Below, in pieces: positions 1-9,129 of a stretch of DNA of 38,208 nucleotides. The DNA lies in assembly GCA_004375885.1 (NCBI GenBank), contig SOJG01000099.1, positions 1 to 38,208 of the forward strand. The letters are read 5' to 3'. Source of the DNA: Dehalococcoidia bacterium. Lineage in GTDB: Bacteria > Chloroflexota > Dehalococcoidia > GIF9 > AB-539-J10. The notes beneath the pieces are model-generated. The model made no database searches. It was not told the DNA's origin and worked only from the letters and a program-made list of their open reading frames with translations. The stretch's first letter is position 1, and every line of letters starts with the position of its first letter. Both the position numbers and the translations under genes were made by a program.

Positions 1-294
1 GTGGGGATTCTCTTCATCCTGTACCCTGATAAGCTGATTCCGTACCTGCCGTTCTAAGCCGAGTGGTCTAATGCTGTTGTCGCTTCGGACTCAGACATGC
101 CTTTGCCGCCGTCGAGATTCTCCGCCGCCGGATTCCGTAGTGCGACCCTTCAGGGTCGGGCCGCACGAGGGCAAAGCCCAGCACTACCTCTCCAAGCACC
201 CGTCATGCGGAAATCGCCTGCTGGTCAGGGCCAATCCTTACGACAATAATCGGCACGGCATCCGAGGCAGCAGGTGACCGGTAAGCTATTTCAG

Positions 295-1647
295 TCAGTA
301 GGAGTCGAGATGCTGAGCGCGCTTCTCATCTAGCAACCTGAGCACCTCCTCATACGTTGTCAGTCCCCGCAGCGCCAGCACGAACTCGCCCAGGGTGTCA
401 TAGTAGCTGCGCAGCTCCTGGAGTTGTTCGCCCATCGGGCTTATCGAAGTAGGGGAAAAGGCATACGGGTCACGGATGGCAAAGTAGGCCTGGTTCAATT
501 TACGGATGTAGTAGCCCTCGTCCACAAATAGCTGGCGGCGCTCTTCCATGTACTGCTCCGCCTCATCAATTCTGCCCTCCTCCAGTAGCTGCCCGGTGAC
601 CAGGCGGGTCTCGCGCATCTCCGCGGTATAGTTAAAGCCTGTTTCCGTGGGCGGTGTTTGCCATGGCGGCGGCTCGTACCCGTACTGCCGATATATCTGG
701 TCGGCCACCTCATAGCCTGTTATGTCCGCCACCGTCTCGTTAAGCTGCCGGGCGACGCCGCCCTGAAACCAGGCACGCCCCAGGGGATAGAAGATCAGAT
801 AATGATGCACCCACTCATGGACCACCACGTAGAGAGTGCGATAGAATCTGGCCCCCTCATCTACAATGCTAGGATAAGTGGCCAGACCCCCCGGGCTGGC
901 AACTATGACGGACAGGTTATCATGTTGGGCAAACCTGCCCTCCACGAGTTCAAACTGGCTCACGGTCAACGAGGGACAGAGCAACTCGTAGCCCAGTAAC
1001 TGAATGCGGTCGCGCGGCGACGCCACCAACATGGATGGTGCCGGTTGGAAAACGAAGAGCACCGGCGGGAAGATGACGCGGCCACTGGCCAGGCTGAAGC
1101 CGAAGCCTTGCGATGCTAGCACGTGTGCGACTTCATACTCTATGATTGCCTCGACGTGCGGGGCAAGAGACATGAATTCGAGGCGCAGCTCTCGCAGTTC
1201 CTCTTCCAGAGTCTCAGTCTCCGGGGACTGGCCTTGAACAGCTACGGCACGGGCTAGCTGTCGCTCCAAGCTCCGTACCTCAGATTGCAGGGCAAGAAAC
1301 TCACCGACCAGGGCCTTTCGTTCCTCCGGCGGGGGCACCTCCCCCACGTTAAAGATGCTCGAGACTAACTTGACAGGCAAATTCGTCACCTGCCAGCGTA
1401 CCAGGGAAAAGCGATAGGAAGACGTCTCCTCGCGCAGGACATCACGAGTGGCGTCCGACTGGCAGGCAGGCGACAAGAACAAAAGCACCGCCAGGAGCAA
1501 AACGAGCAAGGATGAAGCGACCCTATTCCCTTTTGTAATCACATCCGCTGCCCTTTCTACGTTGATTACGCCATCCTCAAGAGACAGCCACTCCTCTGAG
1601 TTGCCTCGACCAGTAATTATATTATCGTTTGATCTCGGGAGTGTCAA
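295..1647 (-). CDS. Putative exported/lipid-anchored MA-clan (gluzincin) zinc metallopeptidase, otherwise uncharacterised
   Basis: 450-codon ORF. It has HEWVH (HExxH), followed about 23 residues later by LNETVAD, which resembles the NExxA third-ligand motif of gluzincins. The N-terminal region is K/R-rich, then has a hydrophobic helix ending LSPAC (lipobox-like). The true start may be the in-frame GTG at 1542 (V36), which would give a canonical signal peptide of about 26 aa. Confidence 0.6.
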   Translation of the reverse strand: MTLPRSNDNIITGRGNSEEWLSLEDGVINVERAADVITKGNRVASSLLVLLLAVLLFLSPACQSDATRDVLREETSSYRFSLVRWQVTNLPVKLVSSIFNVGEVPPPEERKALVGEFLALQSEVRSLERQLARAVAVQGQSPETETLEEELRELRLEFMSLAPHVEAIIEYEVAHVLASQGFGFSLASGRVIFPPVLFVFQPAPSMLVASPRDRIQLLGYELLCPSLTVSQFELVEGRFAQHDNLSVIVASPGGLATYPSIVDEGARFYRTLYVVVHEWVHHYLIFYPLGRAWFQGGVARQLNETVADITGYEVADQIYRQYGYEPPPWQTPPTETGFNYTAEMRETRLVTGQLLEEGRIDEAEQYMEERRQLFVDEGYYIRKLNQAYFAIRDPYAFSPTSISPMGEQLQELRSYYDTLGEFVLALRGLTTYEEVLRLLDEKRAQHLDSY

Positions 1648-1830
1648 TGCTGGAGCATCTGCAGGCCGAAGCCGTAAGGCAGTTAACTCGCGGAGCCGGG
1701 GAGGTTCAACTTGATAGCAATCCGATATTCTCCTCGACCTCCGGTTGATGACTACAGACAGTGCCTTCAGCTATCACCGACCTGGGGGATAAGGCTATAA
1801 TGAAGGAGGGAGGAGAGAGCGAGGAAAGCC

Positions 1831-3555
1831 ATGAAAAACAGCAAGGTGGCCACGGTATTTCAGGACATTGCTGACCTTCTGGAAATCAAGGGGGAGAACG
1901 TCTTCAAAATGCGAGCCTACCAGAAGGCAGCCAGGGCTATCGACCACTATCCCAGGGAATTGAAGATAATGATTGAGGAAGGGGAGGACCTGCGAAATAT
2001 CCCCGGCGTGGGCGAGGCGATAGCCAAGAAGACCGTCGAGCTGATAACCACCGGCAAGCTTGACTACTATGAAAATCTGAAGGCCGAGTTGCCCCAGGGG
2101 ATAACCAATCTTTTAGCGATACCCGGAATCGGCCCCAAGACGGCCAAGAAGCTTTCCAGCGAACTGGGGATAAGCTCCGTGGATGAATTGGAGTCGGCTA
2201 TCAATGAGGGGCAAGTGGCCGAACTCTTAGGCCTTGGCGAGAAGACTGCCGACAGTATCCTGCACCAAATCCGGGCGTTGCGCCGCAAAGACCAGCGCAT
2301 CCCCATCGGCGAAGCTTTGCCCGTCGTTGAGGATATCATGAGCGCCCTCAGCCCTATCCGTGGGGTGAGAAATCTCACTCCCGCCGGCAGCTTACGGCGC
2401 TTCCGGGAAACGGTGGGTGATATCGACCTGATGGGCACCGCTGATGACCCCGCGCAGGTTATCTCTGCTTTTGCTGCCCTGCCCCAGGTAGCGCAGGTCC
2501 TGGCCCAGGGGTCAACCAGGGCCAGCGCTATCGTCAGAGACGGACTGCAGGTTGACCTGAGGATGGTGGAGCATGATTGCTTCGGTTCCTTGCTTCAGTA
2601 TTTTACCGGGAGTAAACAGCATAACATTTCCCTGAGAGAAAGAGGGCGTAAGCAGGGGTTGAAGCTAAGTGAATATGGGATAGCCGTCATGGTGACGGGC
2701 AGCTTGGAGAAGTTTTCCACCGAAGAGGAATTCTATCATCGGCTTGGGCTTCAGTATATTCCACCAGAACTCAGAGAAGCCCAGGGTGAAATCGAGAAAG
2801 CTGAGCAGGAAGCTATACCAAAGCTCGTGGAGTTAGCCGACATAAAGGGAGACCTCCACATCCATACCGGATGGAGCGATGGACATGATTCCATCGAGGA
2901 AGTGGCTCTGGCTGCCAGAGATATGGGCTATCAGTATATCGCAATCACCGATCATTCGGCGGGACGTGGTATTGCTCATGGTCTCGATGCGGAGAGGCTG
3001 AGGAAGCAACTCGCTGAGATCAAAGCCTTGAACGAGCGTTTGACCGGGATTCATGTGCTGGCTGGGGTTGAGGTCGACATCCGGGCGGATGGTAGCCTGG
3101 ACTTGCCGCACGAAGTCCTGTCTGAGCTGGACATAGTGATTGCCGCAGTGCACTCCGCCATGCACCAAAGCCAGGAAAAGATGACCCGAAGGGTGCTACA
3201 GGCCGTAGAAGATCCCGATGTTGACGTGCTTGCCCATCCTACCTGCCGCCTGATAGGAAGGCGTGAGCCCGTAGCCATAGACTTAGAAGCCATTCTGCGG
3301 GCGGCAGCCAGGAATGACAAGATCGTGGAGATAAACGCCATGCCCGACCGTTTAGACCTGAAGGATATTCACGCCCTTCGCGCCAGGGATTTGGGAGTAA
3401 AGCTCGCCATCGGTACCGATGCTCACAGCATTGCACATCTGGGCTTTATGCGGTTCGGAGTCGGCGTTGCCCGGCGGGCCTGGTGTGAGGCGCAGCACGT
3501 CCTCAACACCTTGCCCCTGGCAGAATTGCTTGCCGTTCTAAATGGGAATAGATAG
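1831..3555 (+). CDS. polX: DNA polymerase/3'-5' exonuclease PolX (family X polymerase plus PHP domain)
   Basis: 574 aa. Helix-hairpin-helix motifs GVGEAIAKK and GIGPKTAKK, the pol-beta nucleotidyltransferase motif VGDIDLMG, and C-terminal PHP motifs DLHIHTGWSDG, ITDHS and GTDAHS. GAGGA Shine-Dalgarno 5 nt upstream of the ATG. Confidence 0.9.
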   Translation: MKNSKVATVFQDIADLLEIKGENVFKMRAYQKAARAIDHYPRELKIMIEEGEDLRNIPGVGEAIAKKTVELITTGKLDYYENLKAELPQGITNLLAIPGIGPKTAKKLSSELGISSVDELESAINEGQVAELLGLGEKTADSILHQIRALRRKDQRIPIGEALPVVEDIMSALSPIRGVRNLTPAGSLRRFRETVGDIDLMGTADDPAQVISAFAALPQVAQVLAQGSTRASAIVRDGLQVDLRMVEHDCFGSLLQYFTGSKQHNISLRERGRKQGLKLSEYGIAVMVTGSLEKFSTEEEFYHRLGLQYIPPELREAQGEIEKAEQEAIPKLVELADIKGDLHIHTGWSDGHDSIEEVALAARDMGYQYIAITDHSAGRGIAHGLDAERLRKQLAEIKALNERLTGIHVLAGVEVDIRADGSLDLPHEVLSELDIVIAAVHSAMHQSQEKMTRRVLQAVEDPDVDVLAHPTCRLIGRREPVAIDLEAILRAAARNDKIVEINAMPDRLDLKDIHALRARDLGVKLAIGTDAHSIAHLGFMRFGVGVARRAWCEAQHVLNTLPLAELLAVLNGNR

Positions 3556-3613
3556 CTAGCGCTGTGACCCTTTTTCTGCCCGGATGGCGACTCTCCGTCA
3601 TCGCGGGACGCCG

Positions 3614-4720
3614 TCATCGCTTGATTTGCTGCATAGCTGAGATCAAGGACAATCTAAGTTCACGCTGGTTCAAGGGCGGCACCAGTGCCCCTTCTCTTAA
3701 CTGCAGTTTCAATGCGCCCGTCGGGCAGACCGATACGCAGAGCCCACATCCGATGCAGCGTTCGGCCTTGCGAACCACCGCATCGCCGTTGAGCGAAAGA
3801 GCCTCCATCTGGCATCTATCGACGCATGAGCCGCATCCGCTGCACTCATGCTCATCTACCATTACTATGAAGCTGGAGACCGCTCCCATAGGGATTATGC
3901 CACTCTTGATGCTCCGGATAATACCGCAGTGACATTCACAGCAGTTGCAGATAAAACTGACGTAGCCGCCGGTATTGCTGGAGCAATGTATGAGCCCCGC
4001 CTCCTCAGAGCGGTCCAGAACCTGTTTTGCCTCTTCCTTAGATATCAGTCTGCCGAAGCCTCGCTCTGCCACGTATTTGGCATGCGGACCGAGGGTCATA
4101 CATACGTCCTTGGGCTTGTCACAGGGATGATTCAACAGTTCACCATGATGACGGCAATAGCAAACGCTGACCGCGATACACTCAGCCTCATCGATATATG
4201 TCGAAACCTTATCATATGGATGCACCGTAACATCAGTCGGAATCTCTTGCTCTACAGTTACGACTCTGGCAAAAGGAAATCCAGGGTTGCCTCCAGGAAC
4301 AGCTGCCATTTGCTTCCTTGCGATCTCGTCGGCCACTGAGAAGTAATCATCGAACAGGCGAGCCAGCTTCTTGGTACGTTCACTGACCTCCCCCTTCATG
4401 AACTGCATCTCAAAAATGCCGGGGATAATCGGCATCAGCGCGTAAATCCTCAGCCCATTCCTCTCGGTAGCAAAGGCAATCCCCTTATCGGCCAGAGCCT
4501 CCAAGACAGTCTCCACTTTCTCAGTACCACTGCCGCCAGTTTCGCGGGCAAGGCGCTTTACAGTAGTCAGGCCAATGGGCATCCTGGCTGCCAGTTCAGC
4601 TTCTTCCGGGGTGAAAAGCTCCTCCAGCAGAGCCAAGAACTCCTTGCATTTAAGCACAGGCACAGACCCACCCCTCAAACTCAAGGCATCAGCTAACTCG
4701 TCATACACACGTTGGGTCAT
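3614..4720 (-). CDS. 4Fe-4S dicluster domain protein with Cys-rich middle region and helical N-terminal domain
   Basis: 368 aa. Two ferredoxin-type motifs, CSGCGSCVDRC and CIGCGLCVSVCP, plus extra Cys clusters CYCRHHGELLNHPC and CNCCECHC. A strong AAAGGAGG RBS lies in the 23-nt gap after hypA, which implies co-transcription. Confidence 0.75.
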   Translation of the reverse strand: MTQRVYDELADALSLRGGSVPVLKCKEFLALLEELFTPEEAELAARMPIGLTTVKRLARETGGSGTEKVETVLEALADKGIAFATERNGLRIYALMPIIPGIFEMQFMKGEVSERTKKLARLFDDYFSVADEIARKQMAAVPGGNPGFPFARVVTVEQEIPTDVTVHPYDKVSTYIDEAECIAVSVCYCRHHGELLNHPCDKPKDVCMTLGPHAKYVAERGFGRLISKEEAKQVLDRSEEAGLIHCSSNTGGYVSFICNCCECHCGIIRSIKSGIIPMGAVSSFIVMVDEHECSGCGSCVDRCQMEALSLNGDAVVRKAERCIGCGLCVSVCPTGALKLQLREGALVPPLNQRELRLSLISAMQQIKR

Positions 4721-4743
4721 AAGTCCAACCTCCTTTCGCTATG

Positions 4744-5085
4744 TTACTCAACTTCGATGTCTCTCACTCGAAGCTCTGTGCCGCTAACGATTTCAATATC
4801 CTGTCCCTCACATCTGGGACACACATACATGTAGTCCTTCACAGCGAAATCCTCCTGGCACGTTCTACACCTGCCAAGCAGCGGCCTGGTTTCCAGGTTG
4901 AGATGAGCGCCCGCAGCAAGAGTATTCTCCGACATGAGCCCAAAACAGAAAATGAGCTGTGCCGGGATGATGCCCCGCAACTCCCCTACCACCACATTCA
5001 CTCCGATAATTCTGTCGGCCTTTTCCTTCTCGGCTGCCGCAACAGCGATATCGATGATGTTTCGGGCAAGTGCCATCTCATGCAA
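4744..5085 (-). CDS. hypA: Hydrogenase nickel-insertion/maturation protein HypA
   Basis: 113 aa. MHEMALARNI N-terminus (MHE nickel site) and a CxxC...CxxC zinc site (CRTC ... CPRC). Typical HypA length. Confidence 0.9.
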   Translation of the reverse strand: MHEMALARNIIDIAVAAAEKEKADRIIGVNVVVGELRGIIPAQLIFCFGLMSENTLAAGAHLNLETRPLLGRCRTCQEDFAVKDYMYVCPRCEGQDIEIVSGTELRVRDIEVE

Positions 5086-5749
5086 GAGAGTTAGTCCCGA
5101 ATTTTCTCTTATAGCATCCAGAAAGCCAGGCCGCCCAGTCAGAAATCCCCTCGCCCGTGACGCACGAGATATCCACGATTTCTATATTCGGATTGACCTT
5201 CCTAGCGTTTGCTTTCGCCTCGTCCAGATTGAAATTGGTGTATTTCAGCAGATCGATCTTGTTGATTAGAAGCAGCGAGGACTCCCTGAACATAAGTGGA
5301 TATTTGAGGGGCTTCTCATCACCCTCTGTCACGCTGAGGATCATGATCTTGAAGTCCTCGCCCACCCTGAATTCGGCCGGGCACACGAGGTTACCTACGT
5401 TTTCGATAACTAGTACGTCAATATTCGTCAGATCGACGTGGGGCAGCGCGGAGGCAATCATATTGGCGTCAAGGTGACAGGCGCTGCCTGTATTCAACTG
5501 CACCACAGGAAGATCATACTTCTCGAGTCTCTCTTTGTCCCGTGCGGTCTCAACGTCCCCCACAATCACGCCAAGGCGCAACTTGCCCCTGAGCGCCTGA
5601 GCAGTCTTCTCAAGTAACATAGTCTTGCCTGCCCCTGGTGAACTCATCAGATTGAGCACCAGGTTCTTGTGGCTGTCAAAGAGCTGCCTATTCACAGCCG
5701 CGATACGGTCATTCGCCTCAAGTATGTCAGTCATTACGTTGATTTTCAT
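5078..5749 (-). CDS. hypB: Hydrogenase nickel-incorporation GTPase HypB
   Basis: P-loop SSPGAGKT, ENVGNLVCPAEF motif and NKIDL guanine-specificity motif. The stop overlaps the hypA start by 8 nt. The ORF extends upstream to 5824, but the ATG at 5749 (MKINVMTDIL...) fits HypB N-termini better. Confidence 0.88.
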   Translation of the reverse strand: MKINVMTDILEANDRIAAVNRQLFDSHKNLVLNLMSSPGAGKTMLLEKTAQALRGKLRLGVIVGDVETARDKERLEKYDLPVVQLNTGSACHLDANMIASALPHVDLTNIDVLVIENVGNLVCPAEFRVGEDFKIMILSVTEGDEKPLKYPLMFRESSLLLINKIDLLKYTNFNLDEAKANARKVNPNIEIVDISCVTGEGISDWAAWLSGCYKRKFGTNSLA

Positions 5750-6226
5750 GCCCGATGTCCCTAGCGCGGTTGTTGTCTGTAGTCTCGCCGCCTCAGTATA
5801 ACACCGACAACTTAACACGCGCAAAAGGAAGAAGGCTTCAGCGAATGCGATGGCGATGATATAATTATGTTGGCGATGACGTGCGACATTATGTCAACAT
5901 TGCACCTGGGAACCGACAGAGGCTTCGCCGGGTTCCCTGCCCGCCCCTCCAGGCTTCATCTTCCTGACCAGGCATTCCGGTGGCCTGAAATGCTGTCAGC
6001 AGTTCGCGGTGATGCGCGCTCGTGCCGGCCAGAGCAGCATCAGGGCAGCAGAGCAGGACAGCCGATACGAAACAAGCAGCCACACCGCCATGGCGGAGAG
6101 AACGGGACCGTGCTCAGAAACAGGGTTGAGGGCATGAGATGGGGCCCGCGGGCAATGGGCGTTTGTCCCGAAAACCATCAGGTCCTGGAGCCATGAGCCA
6201 ATAATTGGGAAAGAAGGAGGTTCATA

Positions 6227-7024
6227 ATGGTAGAACACGATGTACTGTACGCGAGGGATGACGGCATCGGCATAATAACGCTTAACCGTGCCGAGAGACT
6301 GAATGCGCTGACACACGAGATGCTCCACAGGATCAATTCACTCATTGAAGATATCAAGAGGGATGACACGGTGAGGGTCGTGATACTGACCGGAAACGGT
6401 CGTGCCTTCTCTGCCGGGACCGACCTTACAGACGAAGTGCCGCAGACAGCGGAGACAGAGATAGAGCTTATGAAAGAGAGGTTCTCCACAGAGTATCGCC
6501 AGTCCATGTGGTTCTTCAACAGTATCCCTAAGCCGGTGATCTGCGCCATCAACGGGGCCGCCGTGGGCATCGGAGCCGAATTTACGCTACACTGCGATAT
6601 CAGAATCGCTGCTGAAAGCGCCCGTTGGGGACAGGTGTTCGTCCTGAGAGGCATGGTCCCGGACACCGGCGCGGGGACTTACCTGCTACCTCGCATCGTG
6701 GGGCTATCCAAGGCCTGTGAACTGGTGTTTTCAGGGGATATCATCGACGCTGAGGAGATGCTGCGAATAGGACTGGTGAGCAAGGTCGTGCCCGATGCAG
6801 AACTGATGCCCACAGCTAGAGAGATGGCAAAGAGACTGACAAGAGGTGCCCCTCTGGCAGTACAGATGGCCAAGCAACTGATGTACACAGGCCTGGAACG
6901 CACGATGGAAGCTCACCAGGAAGCGACACGCTACTGCTTCCAACTGAGTTGCAGGACTGAGGACTTCCAGGAAGGCATCAGGTCCTTCTTTGAAAAGAGG
7001 GAGCCTTGCTGGAGGGGCAAATAG
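6227..7024 (+). CDS. Enoyl-CoA hydratase/isomerase (crotonase) family protein
   Basis: 265 aa. The crotonase signature VVILTGNGRAFSAGTDL and the second oxyanion-hole region AINGAAVGIGAEF. GAAGGAGG RBS upstream. Confidence 0.85.
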   Translation: MVEHDVLYARDDGIGIITLNRAERLNALTHEMLHRINSLIEDIKRDDTVRVVILTGNGRAFSAGTDLTDEVPQTAETEIELMKERFSTEYRQSMWFFNSIPKPVICAINGAAVGIGAEFTLHCDIRIAAESARWGQVFVLRGMVPDTGAGTYLLPRIVGLSKACELVFSGDIIDAEEMLRIGLVSKVVPDAELMPTAREMAKRLTRGAPLAVQMAKQLMYTGLERTMEAHQEATRYCFQLSCRTEDFQEGIRSFFEKREPCWRGK

Positions 7025-7125
7025 CCCGTCATGGCAGCAAGAGGAACGCATACGCGCAAGTGAATGCGCTAGAGTGCCGCCTGGATGCTATAATCAGGAC
7101 CAATATATTAGAAGGAGGAAGCCCG

Positions 7126-8130
7126 ATGTTTAGAACACGCATAACTGAGCTTTTTGGCATCAAGTATCCTATTATCCAGGGCGGGATGATGTGGATTTCT
7201 CGAGCAGAATTGGTCGCTGCAGTTTCCAACGCCGGCGGCCTGGGCATTTTAACTGCATTTACATTTCCGACCCCCGAGGAACTGGCCGCGGAAATCAAGA
7301 AGACCAGAACACTTACTGATAAACCCTTCGGCGTGAATATAACGCTGTTGCCCACTCTTCGCCCCGTGGACATTGATGGCTACTTAGATACGGTTATCAG
7401 TGCCGGAATAAAGATCGTGGAGACGGCGGGCAGAAGCCCGGAGCCTTATATGGAACGACTCAAGGCGGCTGAAGTAAGGGTCATACACAAGTGCACCGCA
7501 GTCCGCTTCGCTCGCACCGCCCGGCGAATAGGCTGTGATGCAGTGAGCATCGATGGTTTTGAGTGTGCCGGACACCCCGGCGAGGAAGATGTTACCTCCC
7601 TCGTCCTGATTCCGTTGACCGTTGACGCGGTAGATATCCCTGTTATTGCCTCTGGGGGCTTTGGCGACGGGCGTGGTCTTGTTGCCGCCCTGGCGCTGGG
7701 AGCAGACGCAGTCAACATGGGTACCCGCTTCATGGCAACCAAGGAGGCACCAGGACATGCCCGAGTGAAAGAGTGGTTAACGACGGCATCGGAGCGCGAC
7801 ACGCTCTTGTTGCTGCGTTCATTCCGCAACACGATAAGGGCATTGAGAAACCCGACGGCTGAGAAGGTGCTCGAGATGGAACAGCAAGGTGCCGATATAC
7901 ATCAACTGGAGTCGCTCATCAGCGGCAGAGTAGGCCTGAAGCTGCTCGAAACAGGTGATGTGGATAGCGGCCTGCTGAGCGCGGGACAGGCAATAGGACT
8001 AGTTCATGATATTCCAACGGTAAAGGAGTTGATAGACAGGATAGTCAAGGAAGCCGAGGAGGTTGCCTCCAACATAGCGGCGAACGGCATTTTCAAGCCA
8101 CTGCGTAAGCCGGCCGATATCAGCAAATAA
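7126..8130 (+). CDS. Nitronate monooxygenase / FabK-like FMN-dependent enoyl reductase family protein
   Basis: GIKYPIIQGGMMWIS N-terminus and ASGGFGDGRGLVAALALGADAVNMGTRF, typical of the NPD/FabK TIM-barrel family. I chose the ATG at 7126, preceded by GAAGGAGGAA. The ORF track's upstream start at 7006 overlaps the previous gene and has no RBS. Confidence 0.85.
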   Translation: MFRTRITELFGIKYPIIQGGMMWISRAELVAAVSNAGGLGILTAFTFPTPEELAAEIKKTRTLTDKPFGVNITLLPTLRPVDIDGYLDTVISAGIKIVETAGRSPEPYMERLKAAEVRVIHKCTAVRFARTARRIGCDAVSIDGFECAGHPGEEDVTSLVLIPLTVDAVDIPVIASGGFGDGRGLVAALALGADAVNMGTRFMATKEAPGHARVKEWLTTASERDTLLLLRSFRNTIRALRNPTAEKVLEMEQQGADIHQLESLISGRVGLKLLETGDVDSGLLSAGQAIGLVHDIPTVKELIDRIVKEAEEVASNIAANGIFKPLRKPADISK

Positions 8131-8275
8131 GCAGCAAGCGCCTGTCGATTGCAGGCAGGGTCATCCTGGCAACAGTTACCACTCAACAATCGCCTGGGAG
8201 GACACTGTGCCTTGAGTCCCCGAACTGAGAGAGATATAATATTAAAGGTGATTCTCCCAGATAACCACCCCGGAG

Positions 8276-8980
8276 GTGGCCGAAGTGTCCACTCGAGATA
8301 CTCAGGCAATCCAAGAACTGAAGAGTGCTATCGCTGCAGGCAAGAACTGGTATGTAGCCCTGCTCGAAGCCATTCGTGTCTGGAATAGCCCCGAAGACGA
8401 TTATCAGGGGCGACATTACAGATATCTTGTCGATAATGAAGCTTTCGATTGGCTGGTTCTAGCGGAGAGGTTATGTGAAGAGCTCGATGGATTTATTCCG
8501 GAAAAAGAGCGGATCGATCTTCTCTTCTTTGACATACCACCGGCAGAGCTATCCAGGGACGAGTTCAAGAACATGATCGGTGCCCTCAAATACGAAGCCC
8601 ACCTCAACTACTTCTATGGCATCATAGTGGAGAGATTTCTCGTCCTGGCTGTAACCGAAGAGATACGAAAGGAAAAGAGAGTGCTAGGCTTGACCGGCGA
8701 CAACCGCGTGGTTGACGAGGCCTACCAGCGTATTTATGGCGCCAATCAACTTGCCCTTCTCAAGCTGTTTAGAAAAGAGAGACACTATCCTCAGCCCAGG
8801 TCTATAAGCTTGAGCGAGTTGAATCAATTTACCTACTGGTTATTCAAGCATCGTGTGAGAAGGCATGACAAGTCCTGTGTGGCCAGCGATACCAAAAAGG
8901 CCCTGACAAAGCTACGCGAGATATTAGACCTCAAGACCAGGTCACTGTGCCTCTCGCGAGAGCTGAGCATTGAACTCTAG
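8276..8980 (+). CDS. Hypothetical protein (no recognisable motif)
   Basis: 234-codon ORF with protein-like composition. GGAGGTGG sits immediately upstream of in-frame GTG codons at 8276 and 8285. A TATAAT lies at 8235-8240. I could not place it in any family. Confidence 0.5.
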   Translation: MAEVSTRDTQAIQELKSAIAAGKNWYVALLEAIRVWNSPEDDYQGRHYRYLVDNEAFDWLVLAERLCEELDGFIPEKERIDLLFFDIPPAELSRDEFKNMIGALKYEAHLNYFYGIIVERFLVLAVTEEIRKEKRVLGLTGDNRVVDEAYQRIYGANQLALLKLFRKERHYPQPRSISLSELNQFTYWLFKHRVRRHDKSCVASDTKKALTKLREILDLKTRSLCLSRELSIEL

Positions 8981-9129
8981 TTTCGGTACTCTAGACGCGG
9001 CCTTCTGGAGATGCAGAGGGCAGAAGCAGAAACCCGGAAGCACAGAGAAAAAAGCTAAGAAAGCCCGCAGTTCTGGTCGGTATTCTGACCCATGACCTTC
9101 AATTCTGCCGGTTCCTCACGATCCCGTAT

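Noticed and set aside
1-57. 18 open codons from the window edge (VGILFILYPDKLIPYLPF*) that could be the 3' end of a membrane protein gene.
   Set aside because: It is too short to separate from chance, and there is no motif to identify it.
58-74. gccgagtggtctaatgc resembles the D-arm of class II tRNAs (Ser/Leu), which suggested a tRNA at the left edge.
   Set aside because: I could not build a cloverleaf. There is no complementary acceptor 3' strand (GAACGGC), no TTCGAAT-type T-loop and no closed anticodon stem in the following 100 nt or so.
71-277. 68-aa ORF in the convergent spacer before the metallopeptidase gene.
   Set aside because: It is Arg/Pro/Ser-rich and low-complexity, has no RBS, and lies across a hairpin (about 140-166). 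It is most likely non-coding.
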